NCBI GenBank assembly: GCA_049320885.1
Contig: JBMORA010000012.1
Span: forward strand, 1-64,000
Direction: 5' to 3'
Source of the DNA: Thermodesulfobacteriota bacterium
GTDB lineage: Bacteria; Desulfobacterota; Desulfobacteria; Desulfobacterales; SURF-7
DNA length: 64,000 nt
Shown here: positions 7,265 through 18,133 of the stretch, in pieces
Numbering within the stretch: the stretch's first letter is position 1
Layout of the letters: every line of letters begins with the position of its first letter
Notes under the pieces: generated by a model
Database searches by the model: none
Told to the model about the DNA's origin: nothing
The model's input: the letters and a program-made list of their open reading frames with translations, nothing else
Translations under genes and position numbers: made by a program

Positions 7265-9895
7265 ATGACAGGCAATGAAGTCAGAAAGAAGTTCATCGAT
7301 TATTTTGCAGCCAAAAACCATCAGCTGGTGCGGAGTTCCTCCCTGGTGCCCCACGATGATCCCACCCTGCTGTTCACCAATGCCGGCATGGTGCAGTTCA
7401 AGCGGGTTTTCATCGGCGAGGAATTCCGGCCCTACACCACCGCTGCCACCGCCCAGAAATGCGTCCGCGCCGGCGGAAAACACAACGACCTGGAAAATGT
7501 CGGTTATACCGCCCGGCATCATACGTTCTTCGAAATGCTGGGGAACTTCTCCTTTGGAGACTACTTCAAGGAAAAAGCCGTTGAATACGCCTGGGACCTG
7601 CTGGTGAACGGGTATGGCCTGCCGCCCGAAAAATTGTGGATTTCCATTTATCTCGATGACGATGAGGCCTTTGAGATCTGGAACCGGAAAATCGGCGTTC
7701 CCGGGGAACGCATCATCCGGCTGGGGAAGAAGGACAATTTCTGGGCCATGGGGGATACGGGGCCTTGCGGACCCTGCAGCGAAATCCATATCGACCGGGG
7801 GGATCAGCATGGCTGCGGCAGACCGGACTGCGCCGTGGGATGCGACTGCGACCGTTTCCTGGAAATCTGGAATCTGGTTTTCATGCAATACAACCAGGAA
7901 GCCTCCGGCGAATTGACGCCGCTGCCCAAACCGAGCATCGACACCGGCATGGGCCTGGAGCGGATTGCCTCGGTGCTCCAGCAGGCCCACACCAATTATG
8001 AGACCGATCTGTTCCTGCCCATCATCCGGCAAGTGGAGGAACTGTCGGAAAAGCGGCTGGGACAATCCCCAACCGTGGATGTGGCCATGAAGGTGATCGC
8101 CGACCACAGTCGTTCCACGGCGTTTCTCATCGGTGACGGCGTGCTGCCTTCCAATGAGGGCCGTGGATACGTGTTGCGCCGGATCATGCGCCGGGCCATC
8201 CGCTATGGCCGTAACATCGGCCTCAAGCGTCCGTTCCTGCACCGGACGGCCGGCGTCGTTTTCGACATCATGGCCGGGGCCTATCCGGAATTGAGGGATT
8301 CCGGGGCCTTCATCACCAATGTGATTGAAAATGAGGAGATCCGTTTTGCCGAGACCCTGGACAACGGCCTGAAGCTGCTCAACGACACCCTTGCGGAACT
8401 CAAGAGCCGGCAAATCAAGACCATCCCGGGGGACGTGATTTTCAAACTCTATGACACCTATGGCTTCCCGGTGGATATCGTCCGCGATGTGGTGCGGGAT
8501 GACGGCATGCAGCTGGATACCGATGGATTCCAGACCGCCATGGACGCCCAGCGGGCCAAATCGCGTTCCGTCGCGGCGTTCACCAAGATCGGCGATGCCT
8601 ACAAGTCCCTGTCGGCCGGTGGTTTCAAGACGGAATTCGTGGGCTATGAAACCCTCCGCTGCGAGGCGACGGTGAAACTGCTGGTGGCGGAAGGCGAGGC
8701 CCTGGATACCGCCGGGGCCGGCATGACGGTGGAAGTCGTTACGGATCGGACGCCGTTTTATGCCGAATCCGGCGGTCAGGTGGGCGACGCCGGCGAAATC
8801 CATAACGGTGCCTTTTCCATGGATGTCATCCATACGGTCAAGGACCCTACCGGGCTGGTGATCCACAAGGGAACGATCCGCCAGGGCGGGGTCCGGTGCG
8901 GTGACAGCGTGACCCTGACCGTAGCGGACGACGGCCGCAATGCCACGGCCCTGAACCATACCGCCACCCATATTCTGCATGCGGCGTTGCGGAAAATCGT
9001 CGGCGAACATGTCAAACAGGCCGGCTCCCTGGTGTCGCCGGAACGCCTGCGGTTTGACTTTTCCCATTTCGCGGCCCTGGACCGGGGAGTTCTGGATCGC
9101 ATCGAAACCTATGTCAACGGACGGATCCGGGAGAACTTCCCGGTGATCAGCGAGGAAATGGCCGCCGAGGAGGCCTTCAGGACCGGGGCCACGGCCTTGT
9201 TCGAAGAGAAATACGGTGACCGGGTCCGGGTCATCTCCCTGGGGGAATTCAGCAAGGAATTCTGCGGTGGAACCCATGCCCGACGGACCGGCGACATCGG
9301 CTTTTTCAAAATCATCGGCGAGGCCAGTGTCGCCGCCGGCGTCCGCCGCATCGAGGCCCTGACCGGGGAAAGCGCCCTTACGCATGTCCAGGATACGGTC
9401 CGGATCGTCCAGGAGACCTCCCTGTTGTTGAAGGAAAAGCCGGAGTCGCTCAGACCGCGGGTGGAAAAACTGATGGCCGACCTGAAAAACCTGGAAAAGG
9501 AAACCGAACGCCTCAAGACCCGGATGGCCCTGATGTCGTCCGGGGACGGCGGCAGGGAGGAGTATCCGGTCATCGCGGGCGTGCGGGTGGTCGTGCGGAA
9601 AGTCGCCGTGGATAAACCGGCGGCGTTGCGGGAGCTGGCCGATCAGTTCAAGGACCGGATCAAATCCGGGGTGGTGGTGCTGGGCGCCGAGGCCGACGGC
9701 AAGGCCATGCTCATTGCCGCGGTGACCAAGGATTTGACCGGCCGTTTTCATGCCGGAAACATCGTGAAGCTGGTGGCGGCGGAAGTCGGCGGTGCGGGCG
9801 GAGGCCGGCCGGACATGGCCCAGGCCGGGGGCAGCCAGCCGGAGAAGCTGGACGCGGCCCTTGCCAAGGTGCCGGAATTTTTACAAGCCGTTTGA
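7265..9895 (+). CDS. alaS: Alanine--tRNA ligase
   Basis: DPTLLFTNAGM, RHHTFFEMLGNFSFGDYFK, NHTATH, CGGTH, GGGRPDMAQAGG. Confidence 0.99.
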   Translation: MTGNEVRKKFIDYFAAKNHQLVRSSSLVPHDDPTLLFTNAGMVQFKRVFIGEEFRPYTTAATAQKCVRAGGKHNDLENVGYTARHHTFFEMLGNFSFGDYFKEKAVEYAWDLLVNGYGLPPEKLWISIYLDDDEAFEIWNRKIGVPGERIIRLGKKDNFWAMGDTGPCGPCSEIHIDRGDQHGCGRPDCAVGCDCDRFLEIWNLVFMQYNQEASGELTPLPKPSIDTGMGLERIASVLQQAHTNYETDLFLPIIRQVEELSEKRLGQSPTVDVAMKVIADHSRSTAFLIGDGVLPSNEGRGYVLRRIMRRAIRYGRNIGLKRPFLHRTAGVVFDIMAGAYPELRDSGAFITNVIENEEIRFAETLDNGLKLLNDTLAELKSRQIKTIPGDVIFKLYDTYGFPVDIVRDVVRDDGMQLDTDGFQTAMDAQRAKSRSVAAFTKIGDAYKSLSAGGFKTEFVGYETLRCEATVKLLVAEGEALDTAGAGMTVEVVTDRTPFYAESGGQVGDAGEIHNGAFSMDVIHTVKDPTGLVIHKGTIRQGGVRCGDSVTLTVADDGRNATALNHTATHILHAALRKIVGEHVKQAGSLVSPERLRFDFSHFAALDRGVLDRIETYVNGRIRENFPVISEEMAAEEAFRTGATALFEEKYGDRVRVISLGEFSKEFCGGTHARRTGDIGFFKIIGEASVAAGVRRIEALTGESALTHVQDTVRIVQETSLLLKEKPESLRPRVEKLMADLKNLEKETERLKTRMALMSSGDGGREEYPVIAGVRVVVRKVAVDKPAALRELADQFKDRIKSGVVVLGAEADGKAMLIAAVTKDLTGRFHAGNIVKLVAAEVGGAGGGRPDMAQAGGSQPEKLDAALAKVPEFLQAV

Positions 9896-9906
9896 GCGGC
9901 GGCCCT

Positions 9907-11412
9907 TTACATGGAGCTGAAGCGGCTGACCATGTTGTTGAGCTGCCTGGCGAGTTCCAGGAGTTCACCCACATTGACGTTGACCTGATTGCTCTGGGCG
10001 GCCATTTTTCCGGCCGCCTGATTGACCTCGCCGATGTCCCGGGAGATTTCCTCCGCGGCGACGGTGGTCTGGGCCATGCTTTCATTGATCGCGGAGATGC
10101 CGGTGGAGGATTGGGCCACATTGCCGGCGATCTCTTTGGTGGTGGCGGATTGCTCCTCCACGGCGGAAGCGATGATGGTGACGAAATCGTTCAGCTGGTT
10201 GATGATGTTTGAAATCTGGTTGATTTCCCGGACGGTTTCCGCCGTGGCGTCCTGAATGCCTTCGATCTGCACCTTGATCTGCTGGGTCGCGGTGGAGGTC
10301 TGCCTGGCCAGTTCCTTGATTTCATTGGCCACCACCGAGAACCCCTTGCCGGCCTCCCCGGCCCGGGCCGCTTCGATGGTGGCATTGAGCGCCAGGAGAT
10401 TGGTCTGCTCGGAAATATCCTTGATGGCTTCCGTCACGTTGCCGACTTCCTGGGCGGACCTTCCCAGACGGTGCACTTTTTCGGATATGTTTTTGGATTG
10501 GGACACGGAATCCAGGGCGATTTTTTGGGCGCTGTTGGTGTTCTGGGCGATTTCGTTGATGGTGCCCGTCATCTGCTCCACCGAGGCGGCCACCATGTTG
10601 GCGCTGGTGGAAAGCTGTTCCATGGAGGCGGCCACGGATTTGGTGTGGTCGCTGAATTTCTCATAAGCCCCGGCGACATTGTCCGCAATGGTGGACATTT
10701 CCTTGGCCCCGCCGGACATCTGACCGGAGAGACCCGAGAGATCCACCGAGGATGAATTCAGAATTTCCGCATGGTGCTGGATCTCCAGGATGGCCTCATG
10801 CAGTTTGGCCTTGCTGGACTGGAGTTCCGCTTCCCTGGATTTCAGCTTGTCCCGCATCCGGTTCAGGTAGCTGCCGATAAAGGCGAGCCAGCTCAAGCCA
10901 AGGGCGCAGATCACCCACTGCACCAGGTTGATGGCCAGATTGAATTCCGGCGGTTTGTTGGCAATGTTCAGCAGGATGACGACGCCGTATCCGCAGATGG
11001 CCACCAGGGCGACGATGATGAAATCCCGGCGGCTGAGCTGGAAGGCGCCGAACAGAATCGTCAGAAAATAGAACACCATGACCCCGCCCCGGACTTCGTG
11101 GACAAAATACAGGAAATAGGTGATGGAAAGCAGCGCGGCGCTGATTTGCGGCATGGTCAGGCTCGGATCCCGGAACCCCTTGTTCATGCCGGTGCGTAAC
11201 ATGAAGTAGAAAGCGGCTTGAATGAAAGCCACCGCGAAAAAGAATCCGACCAGCTGGCCGAAGGTCATTTTGACGAGTCCTACCTTGGCGGCAATGAAGA
11301 CCACTATAAAACAGAGGACAAAAAAAGCGTCGGCCATGAGCTGACGCGATACCCGCACCGCTTGCGCCTTGTCGCCCTTGGGGATAATCGCAACCATAAT
11401 CGCCTCTTCCAT
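9907..11412 (-). CDS. Methyl-accepting chemotaxis protein with multi-TM N-terminal sensor
   Basis: [34 protein letters not shown]; about six hydrophobic segments at the N-terminus. Confidence 0.93.
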   Translation of the reverse strand: MEEAIMVAIIPKGDKAQAVRVSRQLMADAFFVLCFIVVFIAAKVGLVKMTFGQLVGFFFAVAFIQAAFYFMLRTGMNKGFRDPSLTMPQISAALLSITYFLYFVHEVRGGVMVFYFLTILFGAFQLSRRDFIIVALVAICGYGVVILLNIANKPPEFNLAINLVQWVICALGLSWLAFIGSYLNRMRDKLKSREAELQSSKAKLHEAILEIQHHAEILNSSSVDLSGLSGQMSGGAKEMSTIADNVAGAYEKFSDHTKSVAASMEQLSTSANMVAASVEQMTGTINEIAQNTNSAQKIALDSVSQSKNISEKVHRLGRSAQEVGNVTEAIKDISEQTNLLALNATIEAARAGEAGKGFSVVANEIKELARQTSTATQQIKVQIEGIQDATAETVREINQISNIINQLNDFVTIIASAVEEQSATTKEIAGNVAQSSTGISAINESMAQTTVAAEEISRDIGEVNQAAGKMAAQSNQVNVNVGELLELARQLNNMVSRFSSM

Positions 11413-11461
11413 GTTGTCAGTGGGTTGATCGGTACGATAAGAAGGTGGATTTCGCCGGCCG

Positions 11462-11484
11462 TATCATAACTAGTGTTTATGATA
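11462..11484. promoter_or_regulatory. 8-bp inverted repeat upstream of the MCP gene, possible TF site
   Basis: TATCATAA-CTAGTGT-TTATGATA. Confidence 0.4.
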
Positions 11485-11833
11485 TCACAGCATTCGATGA
11501 AGTTCAAGATTGGGAAGCGCGCCACAGCAAGGTAATCCCAGGTAACGTAAATACTGCTTTTTTTTTAATCGGCAGATTACAAAGCTTTACGCAGATGATG
11601 CCGAAGGTAACACCGGGGCTCCTTCATTTCCCTGGAAGCAAGGCCAAAGGGAAAAGCAGTGGAAACTGCATATAAAATGGTTTCTGCGGTTGACATCCTG
11701 GGGCCGGTTGCATAATTTGGCTCCTCACGGTGGAGGGCCGCGCGGCATCAGGGGAACACCGGGAACCGATCCCCGGAATGATCCGGCCCGGCAAACCCGA
11801 CTTTTATAAGGTAACCATGGGAAGCAGGTTGGA

Positions 11834-12952
11834 ATGAAAGCGACGATTTTGATTTTTTTAACCGGTTGGTGGCTGTGGACCGGTTCCGCCTTGTGTGCCT
11901 GGGCCGGGGAATCGGAACCGGCCACAGCACCCGCAGGGGCAACCGCGGGTGAAATACAGGATTATCAGAAATGGGCGTTTTTCCCGGTGATCGCCAGCAG
12001 CACCGAAACCGGCCTGCAACTGGGCGCCCTGGCGGTGCGGTTTTTCCAGCCGGACACACCGGGCGGAAAGTCCTCCACCATTGACTTTATCGGTTTCGGA
12101 ACCGTTGAGGGACAATATTTCGCCGGCATTACGCCGAATTTCTATTTCAATAAGGAATTGTATCATGCGTTCGGCAGTCTGAGCGGGAAATTCTGGCCGG
12201 CGAACTACTACGGGATCGGCAATGATACGGCAGAGGAGAACAAGGAGACTTACGACGCCACCGGAGTGGGGGCCCGGATCGGTCTGGAAAGGAAGTTTTT
12301 TGACCTTTTCCATGCCGGGGTCCTGTATCGGTATGTCAATGAACGCATGGACGCGCCCGAAAACGGCGAGTTGGTGCGGGAGGGGGTCACCGGTGTGGAC
12401 GGCGGGGTGCGGTCCGGCGCCGGCGTCGTGTTTTCCCATGATACCAGGGACAATATCAATGACGCCCGCCGCGGCGCGTATCTGAGATATGAAGCCCTTT
12501 TCTTTGAGGAAGGGCTCGGCAGCGATTACCGGTATTTGGATCATGAGCTGGATCTCCGGACGTATTGGCCCACGACCCCATCCACCTCCCTGGCCGTGCG
12601 CGGCTTTCTGACCATGAAACGGGGGCGGATACCCTTTCAGGACCTCAGCACTCCGGACGGATTCGATCTGCTGCGTGGAATTGAAAAAGGGCGCTACCGG
12701 GAACGGGACATGGCGGCCGCGCAGCTGGAATGGCGGTTTCCCATCTACGGCCGCTTCAACGGTACGGTATTCGCCGAAACCGCCCAGACGGCTTATGAAA
12801 TCAGCGCCCTGAACAACGACGGCTGGAAGTACTCCCTCGGCTCCGGCCTTCGGTATGCTCTCAATCCGGCCGAACGCTTCAACATCCGATTGGATCTCAG
12901 CTTCGTGGACGGCGGCTTCGGTCTGGCGCTGGGCATCCGGGAAGCGTTCTAG
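11834..12952 (+). CDS. Omp85 (BamA/TamA) family outer-membrane barrel without POTRA domains
   Basis: Signal peptide; HDTRDN, LLRGIEKGRYR loop motif, GSGLRY, NIRLD, C-terminal F. Confidence 0.8.
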   Translation: MKATILIFLTGWWLWTGSALCAWAGESEPATAPAGATAGEIQDYQKWAFFPVIASSTETGLQLGALAVRFFQPDTPGGKSSTIDFIGFGTVEGQYFAGITPNFYFNKELYHAFGSLSGKFWPANYYGIGNDTAEENKETYDATGVGARIGLERKFFDLFHAGVLYRYVNERMDAPENGELVREGVTGVDGGVRSGAGVVFSHDTRDNINDARRGAYLRYEALFFEEGLGSDYRYLDHELDLRTYWPTTPSTSLAVRGFLTMKRGRIPFQDLSTPDGFDLLRGIEKGRYRERDMAAAQLEWRFPIYGRFNGTVFAETAQTAYEISALNNDGWKYSLGSGLRYALNPAERFNIRLDLSFVDGGFGLALGIREAF

Positions 12953-13198
12953 AACAAACGGAACGGCAGTGGATTTCAGCCCCGGCAAGGCCCTTCAGCT
13001 CTCCGGGCTTGTCCCGGGGTGCAATTATCGGCCACACGGTTTCGGTTGCTTTCGTGGTAACATTTTGATAATATAAAAATATTCTTCATATTCCCTATGA
13101 TTCGGCAAGGGTTTTTATTCCATCGAAATCATTCCATAATAACCGGATATTCGGTCGGCTGGTGAACCGGGCACATCCACCCAAACAAGGAGGTCAAC

Positions 13199-13972
13199 AT
13201 GAAACGGGTTGCTGTCGGCATTCTCCTTTTGTCACTTTGTCTCGGTGTGCCGGTGCCTGATGGGCATGCGGATCAGATCGTCATCGTTTCGGATGACTGG
13301 TGTCCGATCAATTGCGATCCGGGCACACAGGCTCCGGGCTTTATGGTGGAATTCGCCAAAATCATTTTTGCCAAAGCCGGGCACAGCGTGGAATACAAAC
13401 AGGTTCCATGGACCCGGGCGGTCATGGAAGCCCGCAAGGGCAACTATCATGGCATCATCGGCGCGTATCGCGGGGATGCCCCGGATTTTATTTTCCCGGA
13501 AAACGAGCAGGCCGTGATCGGCAATTCGTTTTTCGTCCTCCGGGACAGCACCTGGACTTACACCGGCCTGCCATCCCTCGACCGGGTGAAGATCGGCCTG
13601 ATCCTTGGTTATGACTATGGCGAGGAAATCGATCAGTACACCCAAAAAAACAAGGATTCGACCAAGGTCCAGATGAACAGCGGTGAAAAGGCGCTGGAAA
13701 AAAACATCAAAAAACTGCTGGCCGGCAGAATCGATGCGGTTCTGGAAAACAACTACGTGTTCGAGTATAAAGCCTCCCGGATGAACATCATGGACAAGAT
13801 CAAGCCTGCCGGAGTGGCTGTGCAGCCCGACAAAGCCTATATCGCCTTTTCTCCGGCCCATCACAAATCGAAGGAATATGCCGAAATCCTTTCAAGAGGA
13901 ATGGAAGAGATTCGCGCTTCCGGCGAGTTGGCCAAAATCCTTGAACAATATGGGCTGAAGGACTGGAAATAG
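13199..13972 (+). CDS. Periplasmic substrate-binding protein, family 3
   Basis: Signal peptide; DDWCP, PWTRA, KLLAGRID, YIAFS. Confidence 0.85.
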   Translation: MKRVAVGILLLSLCLGVPVPDGHADQIVIVSDDWCPINCDPGTQAPGFMVEFAKIIFAKAGHSVEYKQVPWTRAVMEARKGNYHGIIGAYRGDAPDFIFPENEQAVIGNSFFVLRDSTWTYTGLPSLDRVKIGLILGYDYGEEIDQYTQKNKDSTKVQMNSGEKALEKNIKKLLAGRIDAVLENNYVFEYKASRMNIMDKIKPAGVAVQPDKAYIAFSPAHHKSKEYAEILSRGMEEIRASGELAKILEQYGLKDWK

Positions 13973-14052
13973 CTTTCCGGCGGTGTCCGGTGGAAGGAAT
14001 CCGGAGGGCAGGATTCGGAGCAATGGATACCAGCAGGTCGCAGGAGAAATGA

Positions 14053-14640
14053 ATGAGCCCGGTAACCCATTTGCTGGCAAGCTGGGTGATCGCCAACGCA
14101 ACGCGCAGCCGGTCCCGGGACCGGGTCTGGATCACCCTGGCCGGAGTGCTTCCTGATCTCGACGGCCTTGGCTTCCTGGTGGAGATGGTAACCGAGAACT
14201 CAGCGACACCGCTTCTCTGGTACAGCCGCTACCACCATGTATTGTGTCACCATATCGGATTCGGGCTGGCGCTGATGGTGGTGACGGCGATTTTTTCCCT
14301 CAGGCGCCGGGTCACGGTGCTCTTGGCGCTGACAGCCTTCCACCTGCATCTATTGGGCGATCTGGTCGGTTCCCGGGGACCGGACGGCTATCAGTGGCCG
14401 ATTCCCTTTCTGCTGCCTTTTTCCGATGCGTGGCAATTGACCTGGACCGGTCAGTGGACCTTGAACGCCTGGCCCAATTTTCTGGTCACCGGAATTCTGT
14501 TCGGCATAACGGCGTATCTGGCCTGGAAACGGGGAATATCACCCATCTCCCTGCTTTCGCCGCGGCTGGACCGCGCCGTGGTGTCGAAACTGCGGAACCG
14601 CCTGGGCCGGCCGGAATCGGTTTCCGACCTACCGGGATGA
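14053..14640 (+). CDS. Membrane metal-dependent hydrolase (YdjM-like)
   Basis: MSPVTH, LPDLDG, HHVLCH, HLHLLGD motifs. Confidence 0.75.
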   Translation: MSPVTHLLASWVIANATRSRSRDRVWITLAGVLPDLDGLGFLVEMVTENSATPLLWYSRYHHVLCHHIGFGLALMVVTAIFSLRRRVTVLLALTAFHLHLLGDLVGSRGPDGYQWPIPFLLPFSDAWQLTWTGQWTLNAWPNFLVTGILFGITAYLAWKRGISPISLLSPRLDRAVVSKLRNRLGRPESVSDLPG

Positions 14641-16131
14641 ATTCCGCATGATCCTCAGGATGGCCCCGGTGTCGACGAATTGTCGGAAATGTTCCGCCAG
14701 AAGGTCGTAATGGCGTTCTTTTTCCAGCCAGAAATCTTCCCGCCGGAGATTGGGAGTAACCGCCAGGCCTTTGCGGGAAGCCAGGCTTTCCAGCAGCCTG
14801 GCGCGGAATCCGGCGCTGTCGAACAGACCGTGGAGATAGGTTCCGAATACGTTCCCTTCCCGGTTGCTGGCGCCTTCCGCGCCGGAATCCAGATCCAGGA
14901 AGGCCTCCGCGGCGCCTCCCCTTTCGGTTTGGCCCATATGGATTTCGTATCCCCGGACCCGGGTGCTGAACAGTCGGTCGGTTCCCGTGGACAGCCGCAC
15001 GATTTTGGTTTTTTCCATCCGGGTGAAAACGTCCAGCAGGCCAATGCCGTTAACGCGCGGCCGGTTGCTTTCCACAGCGTGGGGGTCCAGGATTTCCCTG
15101 CCCAGCATCTGGAAACCGCCGCACAAGCCGATGACCATGTTGCGGCCCGGGGCTGCGAATTCCCGGATCGCGGCGCACCAGCCGGTTTTCTCCAGCCAGG
15201 CCATGTCGTTCAACGTGTTTTTGCTGCCGGGGATGACCAGCAGGTCATACGGTTCGAGAGCGACCGGCTGCTCGAGCCAGTTCAGCAGCACGGATCCTTC
15301 CCGGGCCAGGGCGGCCAGATCGGTGAAATTGGAAACATGGGGCAGCCGCACCACGGCGATATTGATCTTGTCAGGCCGGGGCGGCTTGACGGCCGCCGCC
15401 GCATCGAGGGACATGCTGTCTTCCGTGTCGATGGAAAATCCGGTGTACACGGGAACCAGACCGAACACCGGTTTACCGGTGGATTGCTCGATGTAGTCGA
15501 TTCCGGATTGAAACAGACATGGATCGCCGCGGAATTTGTTGATGAGGAAACCGGCCACCAGATCGCGTTCCCGCGGCGCGATCACGTTCAAGGTGCCGAT
15601 GATCTGGGCGAAGACCCCGCCGCGATCGATATCCGCCACCAGCACCACCGGCGAGCGGGTCATGAGGGCCATTTCAAAATTGACGATGTCATGGTCCCGC
15701 AGGTTTATCTCCGCACAGGAGCCGGCTCCTTCCATGATGATGGCGTCATACTGTTCTTCCAGAAGGCGAAAACTTTCCTGAACCGCTTCCTTGAGTTTCG
15801 GTTTCAGCGCGTAATATCCGGCAGCGGAAAAATTTCCCAGCACCGCTCCCTGCATGACTACCTGGGAGCCCAGATCGCTGTTGGGTTTCAGCAGCACGGG
15901 ATTCATGTGGACGGAAGGCGGCAGTCCGCAGGCCTCTGCCTGGGCCGCCTGGGCCCGCCCGATTTCTCCGCCCTCGACGGTGACAAAGGAGTTGTTGGAC
16001 ATATTTTGGGCCTTGAAGGGCGCCACCCGGAGGCCGTTTTGTTTCAGTATCCGGCAAAAGGCCGTGGCCGTTACACTTTTGCCGACATCCGATCCGGTTC
16101 CGAGAAACATGAGGCTCGAGGTTCTATGCAC
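14629..16131 (-). CDS. cobQ: Cobyric acid synthase
   Basis: GTGSDVGKS, PFKAQNMSNNS, EGAGSCAEINL, DIDRGGVFA, GYEIHMG, GTYLHGLF. Confidence 0.97.
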   Translation of the reverse strand: MHRTSSLMFLGTGSDVGKSVTATAFCRILKQNGLRVAPFKAQNMSNNSFVTVEGGEIGRAQAAQAEACGLPPSVHMNPVLLKPNSDLGSQVVMQGAVLGNFSAAGYYALKPKLKEAVQESFRLLEEQYDAIIMEGAGSCAEINLRDHDIVNFEMALMTRSPVVLVADIDRGGVFAQIIGTLNVIAPRERDLVAGFLINKFRGDPCLFQSGIDYIEQSTGKPVFGLVPVYTGFSIDTEDSMSLDAAAAVKPPRPDKINIAVVRLPHVSNFTDLAALAREGSVLLNWLEQPVALEPYDLLVIPGSKNTLNDMAWLEKTGWCAAIREFAAPGRNMVIGLCGGFQMLGREILDPHAVESNRPRVNGIGLLDVFTRMEKTKIVRLSTGTDRLFSTRVRGYEIHMGQTERGGAAEAFLDLDSGAEGASNREGNVFGTYLHGLFDSAGFRARLLESLASRKGLAVTPNLRREDFWLEKERHYDLLAEHFRQFVDTGAILRIMRNSSR

Positions 16132-16147
16132 GGGCGGTCTCCGGTGG

Positions 16148-17098
16148 TCACAACAGGGTGCGGATCACGGTAAATGCGAAAAGGGCCGAAAGGCCGGCGG
16201 TGAGGGATATCCGCCAGGCCGATGAAATATCTTCCATGCGGACGGGATTGCCGCCGGCGTTGAGGCAGGGTTTTTCCACCAGCTCCCCGTGATAGCGGCT
16301 GGGACCGCCCAGGCGCAGATTCAGGACAGCGGCCATGGCGGCCTCGGGATGGCCGGCGTTGGGGGAAGGGTGGCAATGCCGGTCCCGCAGGGCGATCCGA
16401 AAGGAACGGATCGGATGGTTGCCGCCGCAGATGCCGGCAGCCAGGATCAGCAACAGGGTGAGACGCGCCGGTATCCAGTTGAGCAGATCGTCGCATCGGG
16501 CCGCAACACATCCTAGCTGGAGGTAGCGGTCGTTCTTGTATCCCACCATGGAGTCCATGGTGCTCACGGCCTTGTAGAGTACCGCCAGCGGAGCCCCCCC
16601 CAGGAAGGCATAGAACAACGGTCCGATGACGCCATCCGAGAGATTCTCCGCAAGGGTTTCCACGCAGGCCCGGGCCACGGCCTCCTCATCGAGTCGGTCG
16701 GTTTCCCGGCCGACAATGGCGCCGAGGCGCTGCCGGGCCTGCTCCAGATCGCCCGCCGCGAGGGCCGCACGCACCCGCTCCACATGCTCCCCCAGGTCCT
16801 TCATGGCCAGGCAGGCATACACCAGGTACAGGTTGAACAGAAAAAAAGCCACCGGCCAGGGCGACAACAGCCGGTTGATGACAAGGACCAGTCCCACGGA
16901 AACCCCCACCGTCCAAATCACGAGCAGGAGCCCGCCGGTCCGGGTGGCCATGCCCAGCCGCCTCAATCCTTTTTCCATGGGTGCGATCAGGCCGTTGCCG
17001 ATCAGGCGCACCGGATGACAGCCGTAAACCGGATCGCCGATGAGGAGGTCGAGGATAAAAGCGCCCAGCACCAGGAGGGTGATCCGGTCAAGACACAT
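16148..17098 (-). CDS. cbiB: Adenosylcobinamide-phosphate synthase CbiB
   Basis: DLLIGDP..HPV, IVGRET, ENLSDG, TMDSMVGY, HPSPNAG; start approximate. Confidence 0.95.
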   Translation of the reverse strand: MCLDRITLLVLGAFILDLLIGDPVYGCHPVRLIGNGLIAPMEKGLRRLGMATRTGGLLLVIWTVGVSVGLVLVINRLLSPWPVAFFLFNLYLVYACLAMKDLGEHVERVRAALAAGDLEQARQRLGAIVGRETDRLDEEAVARACVETLAENLSDGVIGPLFYAFLGGAPLAVLYKAVSTMDSMVGYKNDRYLQLGCVAARCDDLLNWIPARLTLLLILAAGICGGNHPIRSFRIALRDRHCHPSPNAGHPEAAMAAVLNLRLGGPSRYHGELVEKPCLNAGGNPVRMEDISSAWRISLTAGLSALFAFTVIRTLL

Positions 17099-17457
17099 CG
17101 TGGTTCCATTGTTTGCCAATCATGTTTTTCCGGCCGGTTATGGGAAACAGGCCGCTCCTTCGTTCCAAAACCAAGGAGGCACGATTTCACCATTCCGCCA
17201 AAAGATCAAGGAGAAAAGCGCCGGGGCGGCAATCCCCGCAGGCGCGCCGTCCCGATGGCATGGATGCCCCCTTGAAAGCCTCTCGGCATTGCCGGGTTGC
17301 CGATCTACCCGGAAGGATATGCCCTCCCGAAACCTTCAGACCGCATAGAAAAAACTTGACAAAAAAACAGAGGGATGCCTTCTATGAGGGCATTGCAGCG
17401 TCAGGATGCCGCCCGCCATTGTCCGGCAACAGTGCACTACAGGCAAGGATATCCTTC

Positions 17458-18048
17458 ATGAGTCCGAAAAAACACAAGCCCAGAGGCCGCGAAGCAGTCA
17501 CCAGGGCCCTGATTGAAGCAGCGGCGGAACTGTTTTCCAAATATGGACTGGAAGCGGTTTCGGTCCGGGACATCGCCGCCAGAGCGGGTGTCAATCACGG
17601 ACTGATTCACCGGCATTTCGGCTCCAAGGAGGTGTTGCGGCAGAAAACCCAGGAATATCTGGCCGCCGGGATCCGAGATGAAATCGGCGTTCCGGCCGAT
17701 TTTGAAGATGCCATGTTGAGAGGCTTCGAGACGCTTCAGAAACAGCCGGCATTCTGGCGGGTTCTGGCCCGGACTTTTTTGGACGGTGAAGAACACGGTG
17801 AAGTCCAGAGCGAATTTCCATTTATCCGGTTTCTCGTGGAGTTGGCCCGGGAAGGCCAGTCCGGAAAGAGAATCAACACTTCCATGGATCCTCGTTTTCT
17901 CGTGGCCTCCATTCTCGCCTTCGGTCTCGGCATGCTGGTTTTCGAAAAATACATACTTGCCGGCACCGGCTTGGATGCGGAACCCCCTGAATCCATCCGG
18001 CAACAGATGACGGCGGCCTTGTCCAATTTCGTTACCGGCGCTTATTGA
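17458..18048 (+). CDS. TetR/AcrR family regulator
   Basis: LIEAAAELFSKYG..VSVRDIAARAGVNHGLIHRHFGSKE helix-turn-helix. Confidence 0.92.
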   Translation: MSPKKHKPRGREAVTRALIEAAAELFSKYGLEAVSVRDIAARAGVNHGLIHRHFGSKEVLRQKTQEYLAAGIRDEIGVPADFEDAMLRGFETLQKQPAFWRVLARTFLDGEEHGEVQSEFPFIRFLVELAREGQSGKRINTSMDPRFLVASILAFGLGMLVFEKYILAGTGLDAEPPESIRQQMTAALSNFVTGAY

Positions 18049-18133
18049 CGGTGAAACGGGGAGCCGCGGTTGGCCAAGTGGGCGGACCGTATCCCGGATG
18101 ACAACCCATTGCAGCATTCCATAGTCAGGCATC

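Noticed and set aside
7232..9751. Long antisense ORFs (also 3651-5477, 18179-20686, 29457-32252 and others)
   Set aside because: Shadow frames opposite clear housekeeping genes in GC-rich DNA, with no recognisable motifs
11717..11833. GC-rich leader with GGCAAACCC as a c-di-GMP-I riboswitch
   Set aside because: The remaining conserved elements (GAAA tetraloop stem, GCAAAG) are missing
17120..17457. Cobalamin riboswitch upstream of cbiB-cobQ
   Set aside because: No B12-box or conserved core found on the minus strand
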